Under the pieces are notes generated by a model. It did no database searches, was not told the DNA's origin, and saw only the letters and a program-made list of their open reading frames with translations. This document shows, piece by piece, positions 8,516 through 17,600 of a stretch of 29,874 nt of DNA. The stretch is taken from assembly GCA_037441385.1 (NCBI GenBank), contig JBBISH010000084.1, positions 1 through 29,874 on the forward strand, read 5' to 3'. The position numbers and the translations under genes are program-made. Source of the DNA: Myxococcales bacterium. GTDB lineage: Bacteria > Myxococcota_A > UBA9042. Numbering within the stretch: the first letter of the stretch is position 1; each line of letters starts with the position of its first letter.

Positions 8516-8914
8516 GCTGCCTCCCCTGGGCCTTTGGCTGGACCTTGGCCGTGGTCCTCTCCCCGTTCAAACTGCGGTTTCGTGTGAAATCCGAATCCGG
8601 CAAGACTTCGTTATGAACTAGTTGTCAGTTTTGTGCAAGCTAATTTGCAACTGCACTACAACTTTTTTCTGAACGTACGTATACCATCGAATCGACGTTC
8701 ATTTTGCCGACTGAGATCGCGCCAGTGATTTGTGCCTTGGCGACAACCGGCCTTGCGCAGTGCGTCGGGCGCACGCGTCGGCGCTCATCCCAGCCGGGGC
8801 CTCTGGCCAGCAGGATCACGGCGTTTCAGCGACAGGACGAGTGGGCGCGCTTTGGTGTGTCTGTTGCTGGTGGACCCAGCCTTCGGGCCGCGCTGCATCG
8901 GCGCGGAGTGTCAA

Positions 8915-8948
8915 TCGGGGCAGAGTGGTCGGGGCAGAGTGGTCGGGG
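8915..8948 (+). repeat. 14-bp tandem repeat (2.4 copies)
   Basis: TCGGGGCAGAGTGG x2 plus TCGGGG. Confidence 0.8.
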
Positions 8949-9060
8949 TGCGCATCAAGGCAAGCGGGCCACGAGCTTGTGGCGACGCGGCCGGCCCCAA
9001 CCGTCCACCGCTTGGCCCAGCAAAAAACCTGGATTGCGCCGCCCCTGCTGCCCAGCCAGA

Positions 9061-9084
9061 AACCTTGGCAACGTTGCCAAGGTT
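9061..9084. repeat. Perfect 24-bp palindrome
   Basis: AACCTTGGCAAC|GTTGCCAAGGTT. Confidence 0.9.
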
Positions 9085-9446
9085 GGTTTTCGCCGCCGCC
9101 GGCCCACCGGAGCTTGCGTCTGGCGCTCCCCCTGGCGCCCACGCCCCGACCGGTCGCGTTGAGCACGCCTGCACCGCGGCGGCCAAACCAGATTTTCCGG
9201 TCCAATGTTGCGAGGCTACGCCGCTGGCCAGCTTGGGTCATCGGCCAGGTCGGGTGGAGGTTCCGGCGCAAGAAGGCCGCGGCCGTGGATGCGGCCGTAC
9301 GCAGAGGTCGCAGGGGGTGGCGCGCCCCCTTGGCATTTTCTACCTCGTCGAACGCCGCTGGCACCCAGGTCTAGATTGGCATATGCTCGAACCGCAGCTT
9401 CAACCGGCCGACCCATTGGAGCACCGAAGCCCAAGGTCGTGCTGGG

Positions 9447-9611
9447 CTAGAGCACCGATCAGAAACTCAGTCCTGGGGGCAAACGTCGCGGCGGGTCGCG
9501 CCAGTGCAGGGCTCTGGGGGGCCCGCTTGCGACCCACTGAGCATCAACGAGTTTTCGTCAGCGAGTGGTCTCGTTGCTCTGAACCTCTGAGATTTGTGAT
9601 TGGTGTTCTAG
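9447..9611. mobile_element. MITE-like element (~165 bp) with ~24-bp terminal inverted repeats and CTAG/TA termini
   Basis: Left CTAGAGCACCGATCAGAAA-CTCAG vs reverse complement of right end CTAGAACACCAATCACAAATCTCAG (3 mismatches, 1 indel); too short to encode a transposase. Confidence 0.65.
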
Positions 9612-9675
9612 GTGGTGCCGGGCGCACTCCTCGTTGGGGCAACTGCCCGCCGCAAGACCGATAGGGGGCCACTGA

Positions 9676-9806
9676 CCAGGAATCCGTCTCAATCGGTTCA
9701 AAAATTCAGGCAATTCTTCGGGCCCGAGCTGGGGTCCCCACCTGATGCTCGCCGGTGCAGACCGGGTCAGAGAAACCGTGCAGGCGAGACTCCGGTGGGG
9801 TTCTTG
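9676..9806 (+). repeat. Repeat family A copy 2
   Basis: About 84% identical by eye to 41-172 (core GGCAATTCTTCGGGCCCGA..GCAGACCGGGTCAGAGAA); ends 18 nt before ATG 9825. Confidence 0.85.
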
Positions 9807-9824
9807 TGACAAGGGGACAATAGC

Positions 9825-12800
9825 ATGGTCCACGCAAACGCAAACCGATTGGTGTCGCTGGCGTTCTTCGCCACGCTGGTCGGCTGCAGTCCGCCTGCCG
9901 CGGTGGCCCCTGCGACGACCGACGCCCAGGACGGCTCCGCGGCCGTTGGCGACGCAGTGGCGCCGGACGCGGACGCGATTCAGACCGAGGCCACCGTGAG
10001 TGACGCTGTGGACCCGGCCGACGCGTCAACCGCCGCAGCCAACGATGCCGGCAAGGCCGACGATGTAGTCGCGCCGACGGACGCCAGTCCTTCTTGCGCC
10101 ACGGCGGCCGACTGTATGGTCGGCCCGTGCCAGGACGCCGCCTGCAGCGCGGGTCATTGCGTCGTGTCGGCCAAGGCCGACGGCACCCCTTGCGCAGCGC
10201 CGACCCTTTGCGCAGCTGGCGGCACCTGCGCGGCCGGCACCTGCGCGCCCGCTGGGATCAAACCCTGCAAGGACGACAACATCTGCACACAGGATGACTG
10301 CGATCCAGCTACCGGGGAGTGCAGCCACACACCCGCCGTAGGCAATACCTGCAACGACGGAAACCCCTGCACCAAAGGCGATTTTTGCTCGGTGCAGGGC
10401 CAGTGCGAGCCCGGCAGCAACGTTTGCGCCACCTGCACCAGCGCCAAGGATTGTGCCCAGTACGACGACGACAACCTGTGCAACGGTAGCCTCTTCTGCG
10501 ACCTGAGCTTGCCCACCCCCGTCTGCGCGATCAAGCCGGGATCCGTAGTATTCTGTGACCCTTCGGCAGACTCGGCTTGCGCCAAGTCCCAGTGCAACCC
10601 TGGCACCGGCCTTTGTACACCAAAGCCGATGGCAGAAGGCCAGCCCTGCGACGACGGCAACCCGTGCACGCCCTTCGAAGCCTGCAGTGCGGGCAAGTGC
10701 AAGGCCCAGGTCAACGCCTGTCAGTGTCAAAAGAGTTCAGATTGCGCCGCATTTGATGACGGCAACCCCTGCAACGGTACGCTGTACTGCGACACAACCA
10801 GCCAGCCGTACAAATGCGCAGTGAACCCGGGCTCCGTCGTGGCGTGCCCGAAGTCGAGTGACCCGTGCCTGAACAATATCTGCAGCCCCAGCGATGGCGG
10901 CTGCGTTCCGGTCCCCGTCAGCGATGGCGCCGCGTGCAGTGACTTCGACTCGGCGACGGTGGGCGACTACTGCCAAGCCGGAACCTGCGTCGGCGGCACC
11001 AATCTTAGTCAGTGCACCCACGACAGCGACTGCCAGAAACTCGAAGATGGCAACCTGTGCAACGGCACCCTCTTCTGCAACATGGCTACCGGCAACTGCC
11101 AAGACAACCCCAAGACCGCCATCAGTTGCCCCAGCGTGGACGACACAAGCTGTTTCAAGAACCTTTGCCAGCCCAAGACGGGCAAGTGCGCAATGGTCGC
11201 GGTCAACGAGGGCAAGGCCTGCGACGACGGCAACGCCTGTACGGCCGGCGAAGTCTGCAAGACGGGCCAGTGCCTCGCCAGCGCAGTGACCTGCCTCTGC
11301 CAGCAAGACGCGGACTGCGCGAGTCAAGAGGACGGCAACTTGTGCAACGGCAAGCTCTATTGCGACAAGCAGAAGGGCCTGTGCATCGTCAACCCCACTA
11401 CCGTCGTGGTCTGCCCGAGCGGCCAAGACTCGGCTTGCCAAAAGAACTTGTGCGACCCCAAGTCGGGCGCATGCGCGCCAACCGCGGTGCACGAGGGGCA
11501 AGCGTGCGATGATGGGAACTTGTGTACGGCCGGCGAGGTTTGCCAGGCGGGTCAATGCCTTGCCAGCGCCGACACCTGCTCGTGTAAAAAGGACAGCGAC
11601 TGCCTTGCCTTTGAGGACGGCGACCTGTGCAACGGCAGCCTGTACTGCAACAAGCAGACCGGAGAGTGCTTGGTCAATCCCGCGAGCATCGTGGTCTGCG
11701 CCACGGCGTTGGACGGGCCGTGCAACCAGACATCGTGCAACGCGAAGACCGGCGCCTGCGAAATCCTGCCCGCGCACAACGGCGCCCAGTGCGACGCGGA
11801 CGGCAACGCCTGCACCCAAAACGACTTCTGCGACCAAGGCGTCTGCAAGGCCGGGGCGATGGCATGTAACTGTACGACCGACAAGGACTGCGAGGGCAAG
11901 CAAGGGCAAGACCTTTGTGTCTTGACGATGATCTGCGACACCAAGAGCCACGAGTGCACCCCTGGGATGGTCGTGAACTGCCCGGGGAGTTTGCTCGACG
12001 GGCCCTGCCAAACCACTGCGTGCGACCCCAGCACCGGCCAGTGCGCCACCAAGAACCGTGCCGATGGTACGGTGTGTGAAAAGAACACCCTGTGCACCGG
12101 CGCCCAGGTGTGCCTGTCGGGCGGATGCGTCACCGGCAAGGCGGTCAACTGCGACGACATCAACCCGTGTACCGCCGACTCGTGCGAGGACAAGCAGGGG
12201 GGCTGCCTCCACGCGCCCCTCGACGCGACACCCTGCGACGATGGCAGCAAGTGCACCACGCAAGACGTTTGCGTCCTGGGCGGGTGCATGGGTGCAACGT
12301 TGCCCTGCAACGACGACAACAAGTGCACGGCCGACAGTTGCGATCCCAAAGTCGCCTGCGTTCACCTACCCGTGGCGGCCACAGCGTGCGACGACGGCAA
12401 CTTGTGCACCCTTGGCGACCAGTGTGTGCAGGGCAAGTGTGCGCCGGGCGCGGCGCCGCTAGGTTGCGACGACGCCAACCCGTGCACAGAAGATCTGTGC
12501 GATCCGGTGCAAGGATGTATAACTAAGGCGCTTTCAAGCGGCGCTTGCGACGATGGATCGGCGTGCACCGACCAGGATACCTGCAGTGCGGGAAGCTGCG
12601 CTGGCGTGGCGGTCGTTTGCGAAGACGGCGACCCCTGCACGGACACCGCTTGCACCAAGCTTGCAGGCTGCAGCTACGGCGCCATCATCGGTGCCCCCTG
12701 CGACGACTTCAACGCCTGCACAACCGGCGACAAGTGCAACGGCAAGGGCCTGTGCACCCCCAGCGCCGCCAAGGTCTGCGACGACGGCAATCCGTGCACC

Positions 12801-14498
12801 AACGACTTGTGCAACCAAGTCCTTGGCTGCATCTTCGACGTCAAGGCGGGGGTCGCGTGCGACGACGGCAGCAAATGCACCGAAGACGACGTCTGCAGCC
12901 AAGGGTTCTGCAAAGGCGTTGCGATCACCTGCGACGATGGCAACCCATGCACCACCGATGGCTGCAAGGTCGATGTCGGCTGCGTGGCGATGGCGAAAGA
13001 CGGCTTGCCCTGCAACGACAACAACGCCTGCACCAAGGGCGACGCGTGCGGCAATGGCGGCGTGTGCGCCGGTTCCCCGGTATCCTGCGACGACGGCAAT
13101 CCGTGCACCGACAACACGTGCGACAGTGCGAGTGGCTGCAAGTTGGCGATTCTCGACAAAATTCCGTGCAGCGATGGTTCGGCGTGCACGGTCCAAGACG
13201 AGTGCGCGTCTGGCATTTGCCTTGGAAGTCCTCAGACGTGGAGCAAGAAGCTCGCGACGTCGCCGTCGCTCGACGACGGCTTGTACTCGATCACAACCGG
13301 TCCAGGCGGCGATGTGGTGGCGGTGGGGGCCGAAACCCAGACCTACTTGTACAAGCTCACCCAACGCGAATCGGTGGTCTATCGCTACACGGCCACTGGC
13401 CAAGTCGTATGGAGCAAGGTCTACGTCAACGACAACTTTGACGACTACCTTTTTGGCGTCGAGACCTTGGCGGATGGCACGTGGCTGGCGGTTGGCGCAC
13501 AAGACGGCGTGGCGTCGGCGCTGGACCCCAATCCAGACAGGAACATCGCCTGGAAGCACCTTTCTGACGATGGGTTCACGTGGAACGGCTACTACGCGGT
13601 GCCTGGCTGGCAAAGGTTGGTGGCCGTGGCCCGCGCCGCGGACGACACGGCATCGGCAGTTGGCTGGGACGACGATCACGGACTGATCGTGCGCTTCTTT
13701 CCGAATGGCCAAGACATTTTGTGGATCAAGAACTACGCCCCGCCAAGTGGAGCGGGCCAGCTGCGGGCGGTCGCCGCGCTGCCGGGCAAGCCGATTGGCT
13801 GGGTTGCCGCAGGGATCAACGGGATCCAGGGCTGGGTGACGCGCTACGACGCCAACGGCACTGCGCTCTGGCATCGCCTGCTCAGCGTGGATGGCTACGA
13901 AGTCAAGCTGCGCGGCGTTGTTGTGGCGAACAGCGCTGTCTACGTTGTTGGCGATGTTGTCTTTGAAACTACAGAAAACTACTCGATTCTAGCCGCACTC
14001 GACCTGAGCGGCAACTTGCTTTGGCAGCGCGTATCGCCAGTCAGCGAGACCGCGCTGGCCATTCGCCGGGTCCCTGGCACGTCGATGCTGGCCTGGGCGG
14101 GCGGCCTCAATCTGGGCAGTGGCACCTGGGACGTGGCGGTCCGCTTGGTGACCGCGGCCGGCGACACGGCGAGCCAGCACACCTTTGACATGGGCCAGCA
14201 GGATTTTGCCGACGCGATGGTCATCGATGCCTCGGGCGCCATCGCGGTCGCTGGCCACACCGTGATCTGGGCCGACCCGATGACCCAAGACAGCCTGATC
14301 GCTCGGGCCGACGCGTTTGGCAACTGGACCTGTGGTGCGTCGGGGAATTGCGCCGGCCAGCCGTGGGCGTCGTGCGACGACAGCAACCCGTGCACAGCAG
14401 ACACCTGCTCCGCTGGCAGTGGCTGCCAGCACAACTCGATGCCCGAGGGGATGCCGTGCGGAAGCGCCAAGACCTGCACCAATGGAGCCTGCAAATGA
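9825..14498 (+). CDS. Giant Cys-rich lipoprotein with ~96-aa super-repeats, CDDGNxCT repeats and a C-terminal beta-propeller-like domain
   Basis: 1557 aa; AAGGGG RBS; lipobox LVGC; Asp/Ala-rich linker. Non-Cys domain ~13236-14320 has repeated (R/K)YxxxGxxxWxK/R blade motifs. Confidence 0.88.
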   Translation: MVHANANRLVSLAFFATLVGCSPPAAVAPATTDAQDGSAAVGDAVAPDADAIQTEATVSDAVDPADASTAAANDAGKADDVVAPTDASPSCATAADCMVGPCQDAACSAGHCVVSAKADGTPCAAPTLCAAGGTCAAGTCAPAGIKPCKDDNICTQDDCDPATGECSHTPAVGNTCNDGNPCTKGDFCSVQGQCEPGSNVCATCTSAKDCAQYDDDNLCNGSLFCDLSLPTPVCAIKPGSVVFCDPSADSACAKSQCNPGTGLCTPKPMAEGQPCDDGNPCTPFEACSAGKCKAQVNACQCQKSSDCAAFDDGNPCNGTLYCDTTSQPYKCAVNPGSVVACPKSSDPCLNNICSPSDGGCVPVPVSDGAACSDFDSATVGDYCQAGTCVGGTNLSQCTHDSDCQKLEDGNLCNGTLFCNMATGNCQDNPKTAISCPSVDDTSCFKNLCQPKTGKCAMVAVNEGKACDDGNACTAGEVCKTGQCLASAVTCLCQQDADCASQEDGNLCNGKLYCDKQKGLCIVNPTTVVVCPSGQDSACQKNLCDPKSGACAPTAVHEGQACDDGNLCTAGEVCQAGQCLASADTCSCKKDSDCLAFEDGDLCNGSLYCNKQTGECLVNPASIVVCATALDGPCNQTSCNAKTGACEILPAHNGAQCDADGNACTQNDFCDQGVCKAGAMACNCTTDKDCEGKQGQDLCVLTMICDTKSHECTPGMVVNCPGSLLDGPCQTTACDPSTGQCATKNRADGTVCEKNTLCTGAQVCLSGGCVTGKAVNCDDINPCTADSCEDKQGGCLHAPLDATPCDDGSKCTTQDVCVLGGCMGATLPCNDDNKCTADSCDPKVACVHLPVAATACDDGNLCTLGDQCVQGKCAPGAAPLGCDDANPCTEDLCDPVQGCITKALSSGACDDGSACTDQDTCSAGSCAGVAVVCEDGDPCTDTACTKLAGCSYGAIIGAPCDDFNACTTGDKCNGKGLCTPSAAKVCDDGNPCTNDLCNQVLGCIFDVKAGVACDDGSKCTEDDVCSQGFCKGVAITCDDGNPCTTDGCKVDVGCVAMAKDGLPCNDNNACTKGDACGNGGVCAGSPVSCDDGNPCTDNTCDSASGCKLAILDKIPCSDGSACTVQDECASGICLGSPQTWSKKLATSPSLDDGLYSITTGPGGDVVAVGAETQTYLYKLTQRESVVYRYTATGQVVWSKVYVNDNFDDYLFGVETLADGTWLAVGAQDGVASALDPNPDRNIAWKHLSDDGFTWNGYYAVPGWQRLVAVARAADDTASAVGWDDDHGLIVRFFPNGQDILWIKNYAPPSGAGQLRAVAALPGKPIGWVAAGINGIQGWVTRYDANGTALWHRLLSVDGYEVKLRGVVVANSAVYVVGDVVFETTENYSILAALDLSGNLLWQRVSPVSETALAIRRVPGTSMLAWAGGLNLGSGTWDVAVRLVTAAGDTASQHTFDMGQQDFADAMVIDASGAIAVAGHTVIWADPMTQDSLIARADAFGNWTCGASGNCAGQPWASCDDSNPCTADTCSAGSGCQHNSMPEGMPCGSAKTCTNGACK
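10425..12150 (+). repeat. Six intragenic ~285-294-bp (~96-aa) Cys super-repeats
   Basis: Units start near 10425, 10719, 11007, 11292, 11577 and 11865 (CxCxxDxDC..EDGNLCNGxLYC..VNPxxVVxC..); end approximate. Confidence 0.8.
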
Positions 14499-14630
14499 TA
14501 CAGATTCCGTCTGAACCGGCTCGAAAACTTCGGCAATGCTTCGGGTCCGAACCGGTGATCATGTCTAATGCTAGCAGGTTGCAGACCAGGCCAGAGAAAC
14601 CGTGCACGCGTGATGCAGGTCGGGCTCGCA
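14499..14630 (+). repeat. Repeat family A copy 3
   Basis: TACAGATTCCGTCTGAACCGGCTCGAAAACTTCGGCAATGCTTCGGGTCCGAACCGG..GTTGCAGACCAGGCCAGAGAAACCGTGCACGCGTGA aligns ungapped to copy 1; begins at the base right after the TGA at 14496-14498. Confidence 0.8.
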
Positions 14631-14680
14631 AGAGTGACTTTGCCGTCCAAGTCGAGCGGACCGATCACTCCACGCTGGGC

Positions 14681-17600
14681 ATGTTTGGGCCAATCCCTTG
14701 GATGGGGCGTCGGTTTGCCATCGTCTGCGCGTTGGTCGCCCTTGGCAGCGCCTGCGCGGACCCAAGCGCCAAGCCAGCCACGCCGACTGCCACGACTGAC
14801 GCGGCCAACACCGAGGTGATGCCCCTTGCCGACGCCGACGCAGCCGTAGAGGACGTGGACACGACAGTGAGCGATACCTTGGACGCTGCGGGCGATGGGG
14901 GCGACAAGGAAGTCGCCGTGGCGCCTGCAGATACGAGCGCGGATGGGGACGCGGCTGACCAAGACGGCGCGGGGGACAGCGATGGCGACGCTGTCGCGCA
15001 GTGCTCCGCGACAACCTGCGCGGACGGCCCGAGTTGCTTTCCGATTGGCGACAAGAAACCCGGCGCTCTGTGCGTGATCTGTGCCGCGGTCAACGGCGTG
15101 GCGAGCTGGCAGGTCGCCGGCCCAGGTGTGGACTGCAACGACGGCAGCGCTTGCACCACGGGGGATCACTGCCAGGATGGGGCATGTGCAGGCAAGGCGG
15201 ACGTCGCGTGTGACGACGGCCAACCCTGTACCGCGGATGGCTGTGACCCAGCCTTTGGCTGCCAGGCCACCAACCTACCCGCGACGGCTACGTGCAGCGA
15301 CGGCGATGCCTGCACACTAGGCGATCACTGCCAAGCCGGGACTTGCATAGCAGGTGCGCCAGTTGCGTGCGACGACGGCGCGCCATGCACGGCAGACAGC
15401 TGCGATTCCGCAACCGGCTGCAAGGCGGTCAACCTCGCAGCAACGGCCACTTGCAGCGACGGCAGTGCCTGTACGGTGGGTGATCATTGCCAGGGCGGCA
15501 GCTGCCAGCCTGGCCTGGCCGCACCATGCGACGACGGCAACCCGTGCACCGCCGACCAGTGCGAGCCAGCCAGTGGCTGCGTGGCCTTGGATTTGCCCGA
15601 ATCTGCGACTTGCAGTGATGGGGACATGTGTACGGCGGGCGACCATTGCCAAGGCGGGGCATGCCAGGCCGGCGCGGCGGTGCCTTGCGATGACGGCAAG
15701 CCCTGCACGCTGGACGCATGCGACTTGATCAGCGGCTGCGTGGCCTCGGACCTTCCGGTCACCGCCACTTGCACCGACGGCAATGCCTGCACCGCAGACG
15801 ATCGCTGTAAGGCCGGCGAGTGTCAGGCGGGCACTTCGGTGCCATGTGACGACGGCAAGCTATGCACCGTCGACGGATGCGACCCGGTCAGCGGGTGCGT
15901 TGCCGTCGACCTCCCAGCGGCGACGACGTGCACGGATGGCGATGCATGCACGGTGGGGGATCACTGCCAGGCCGGAGCCTGCCACGGAGGCAGCGCAGTC
16001 GCTTGCGACGACAGCAATCCGTGCACGGCCGACAGCTGCGCCGCCCAGTCTGGATGCCAAGCCGTCCAGCTTGGTGAAGCGGCCACCTGCAGCGACGGCA
16101 GCCTTTGCACGGTGGGGGATCACTGCGTGGCGGGGGCATGCTCCGGCGCAGCGCAGCTCGACTGCAATGACGGCAATGCCTGCACAAGCGACACCTGTGC
16201 ACCTGGCCAGGGTTGCCTGCACACGGCCGCAGACGCAGGCGCCAACTGCAGCGACGGCAACGCTTGCACGACAAGCGACGCATGCGCCGGGACGAGTTGC
16301 AGCGGCAAGTCCATCGACTGCAACGACGACAACCCGTGTACCGACGACACGTGCGAGCAGGGACCTGGCTGCGTTTGGACACCCAAGAGCGGACCCTGCG
16401 ACGACTTGAATCCCTGCTCGGTCAATGACACCTGCACGGACGGCATCTGCTACGGCAAGCCCAAGAACTGCTATGCCGACGTGACCATGCCCGCCTGCGT
16501 CAAGGCGACGTGTGGCACCCAAGGCGAGTGCACATTCGTGCCCACCAACGTGGGCAGCTGCCGTCCGGCGTTGACCGTTACTAGCCCGGAGCGAAGTACC
16601 TTTGCAGCCGGAGCGCCGAGCGTGGTCGTTCAGGGTCAGGCGACGGGGATCGCGGGGCCGCTGGCGACCGTTGCCGTCAATGGCAAGGCGGCGAACGTGG
16701 GCGCAGACGGAACGTTCAGCATCATGGTGCCGATTTCGTTCGGCAACAACGAGCTGTCTATCTTGGCCACCGATATCTACGGCAACTCAAGGCGGCAAGT
16801 CCAAGCCCTGCAATGGGCGACCGCTTGGAGTAAGCCAGGGCTGCCCGTTGCGCCGTCCGGAGGGGAGTGGCTGGGTGCCAAGGCGCTGGATAGCGGCAAC
16901 CACGTGCACGGCAAACCGCGTGACATTGCCACCGTATTCGAAGTGGCTTTGAGCGGCATCAACCTGGGGGCCAGCCTACCCAGCCCGTTGTACACATCGG
17001 TCTACGGGCAGGCCACCATGACCAGCATGACCTATGCCCCAGTCCAGGTGACGCTCACCCCGGCGGACGGCTACCTCTTGTTGACCCTCAGCTACAGCAG
17101 CATCGTCATCAAGGCCAACGCGGCCGGCCAGGTCTGCCTCTCTCCGTACGTCTGCATTCCGATTTCGGGAATCATCACCGCTACCGTTGCCAACTTGACC
17201 ACGACCGGTCACCTGACGCCGCAAGTGCTGCTGGGGCAACCGCAATTTGTGGTCGATGCCGTATCGACGACCGTGACCGGGCTGGACGTGACGGCCGACA
17301 ACTCAACCCTTGCCATGGCGGCCAACGACATCAAGAGCGTTCTTGGAACCACCTTGGTTTCTGGTGCGAACCAGGCCATGAAGGACGCCGTTCCGGCCTT
17401 GAGCAGCGGCGTGGGCGCGGCCCTGGCGGGTACAAGCCTGACCAGCACCGTGAGTGTGCCCAAGTTCTCGACCTCTGGCACCACCGAGCTGCAGCTGGCC
17501 GGGCAAGTTTCGGACATGAAAGCCACTTCGTCCGGCTTGGCTATCGGACTGCAGCTTGGCGCCGCCGCCACGCCAACTGGCCTTTCCTCTAGCCCTGGGA

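Noticed and set aside
3142..8587. Many long antisense or alternate-frame ORFs (VQALPSSQ..., RRRQ..., ATTAT...), also over 9825-18259 and 28282-29873
   Set aside because: Shadow ORFs of GC-rich CDDG repeat genes; their repeats are just other-frame readings of TGCGACGACGGC.
8610..8638. sigma70-like TTGCAC-17-CATAAC on the minus strand in an AT-rich patch
   Set aside because: The -10 box lacks both conserved T residues; the region is probably regulatory but this call is unsupported.
9160..9176. CACGCCTGCAC match to repeat A (minus strand)
   Set aside because: Only ~11 nt match, with no flanking alignment.
8704..9664. ORFs in the divergent intergenic region (possible maturase or transposase fragments)
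   Set aside because: No recognisable motif; Arg/Pro/Ala-rich shadow composition; they run through palindromes and a MITE.
41..14630. Repeat A as integron attC sites or CRISPR repeats
   Set aside because: No RYYYAAC/GTTRRRY boxes, no integrase or cas genes in the window, and copies are kilobases apart.
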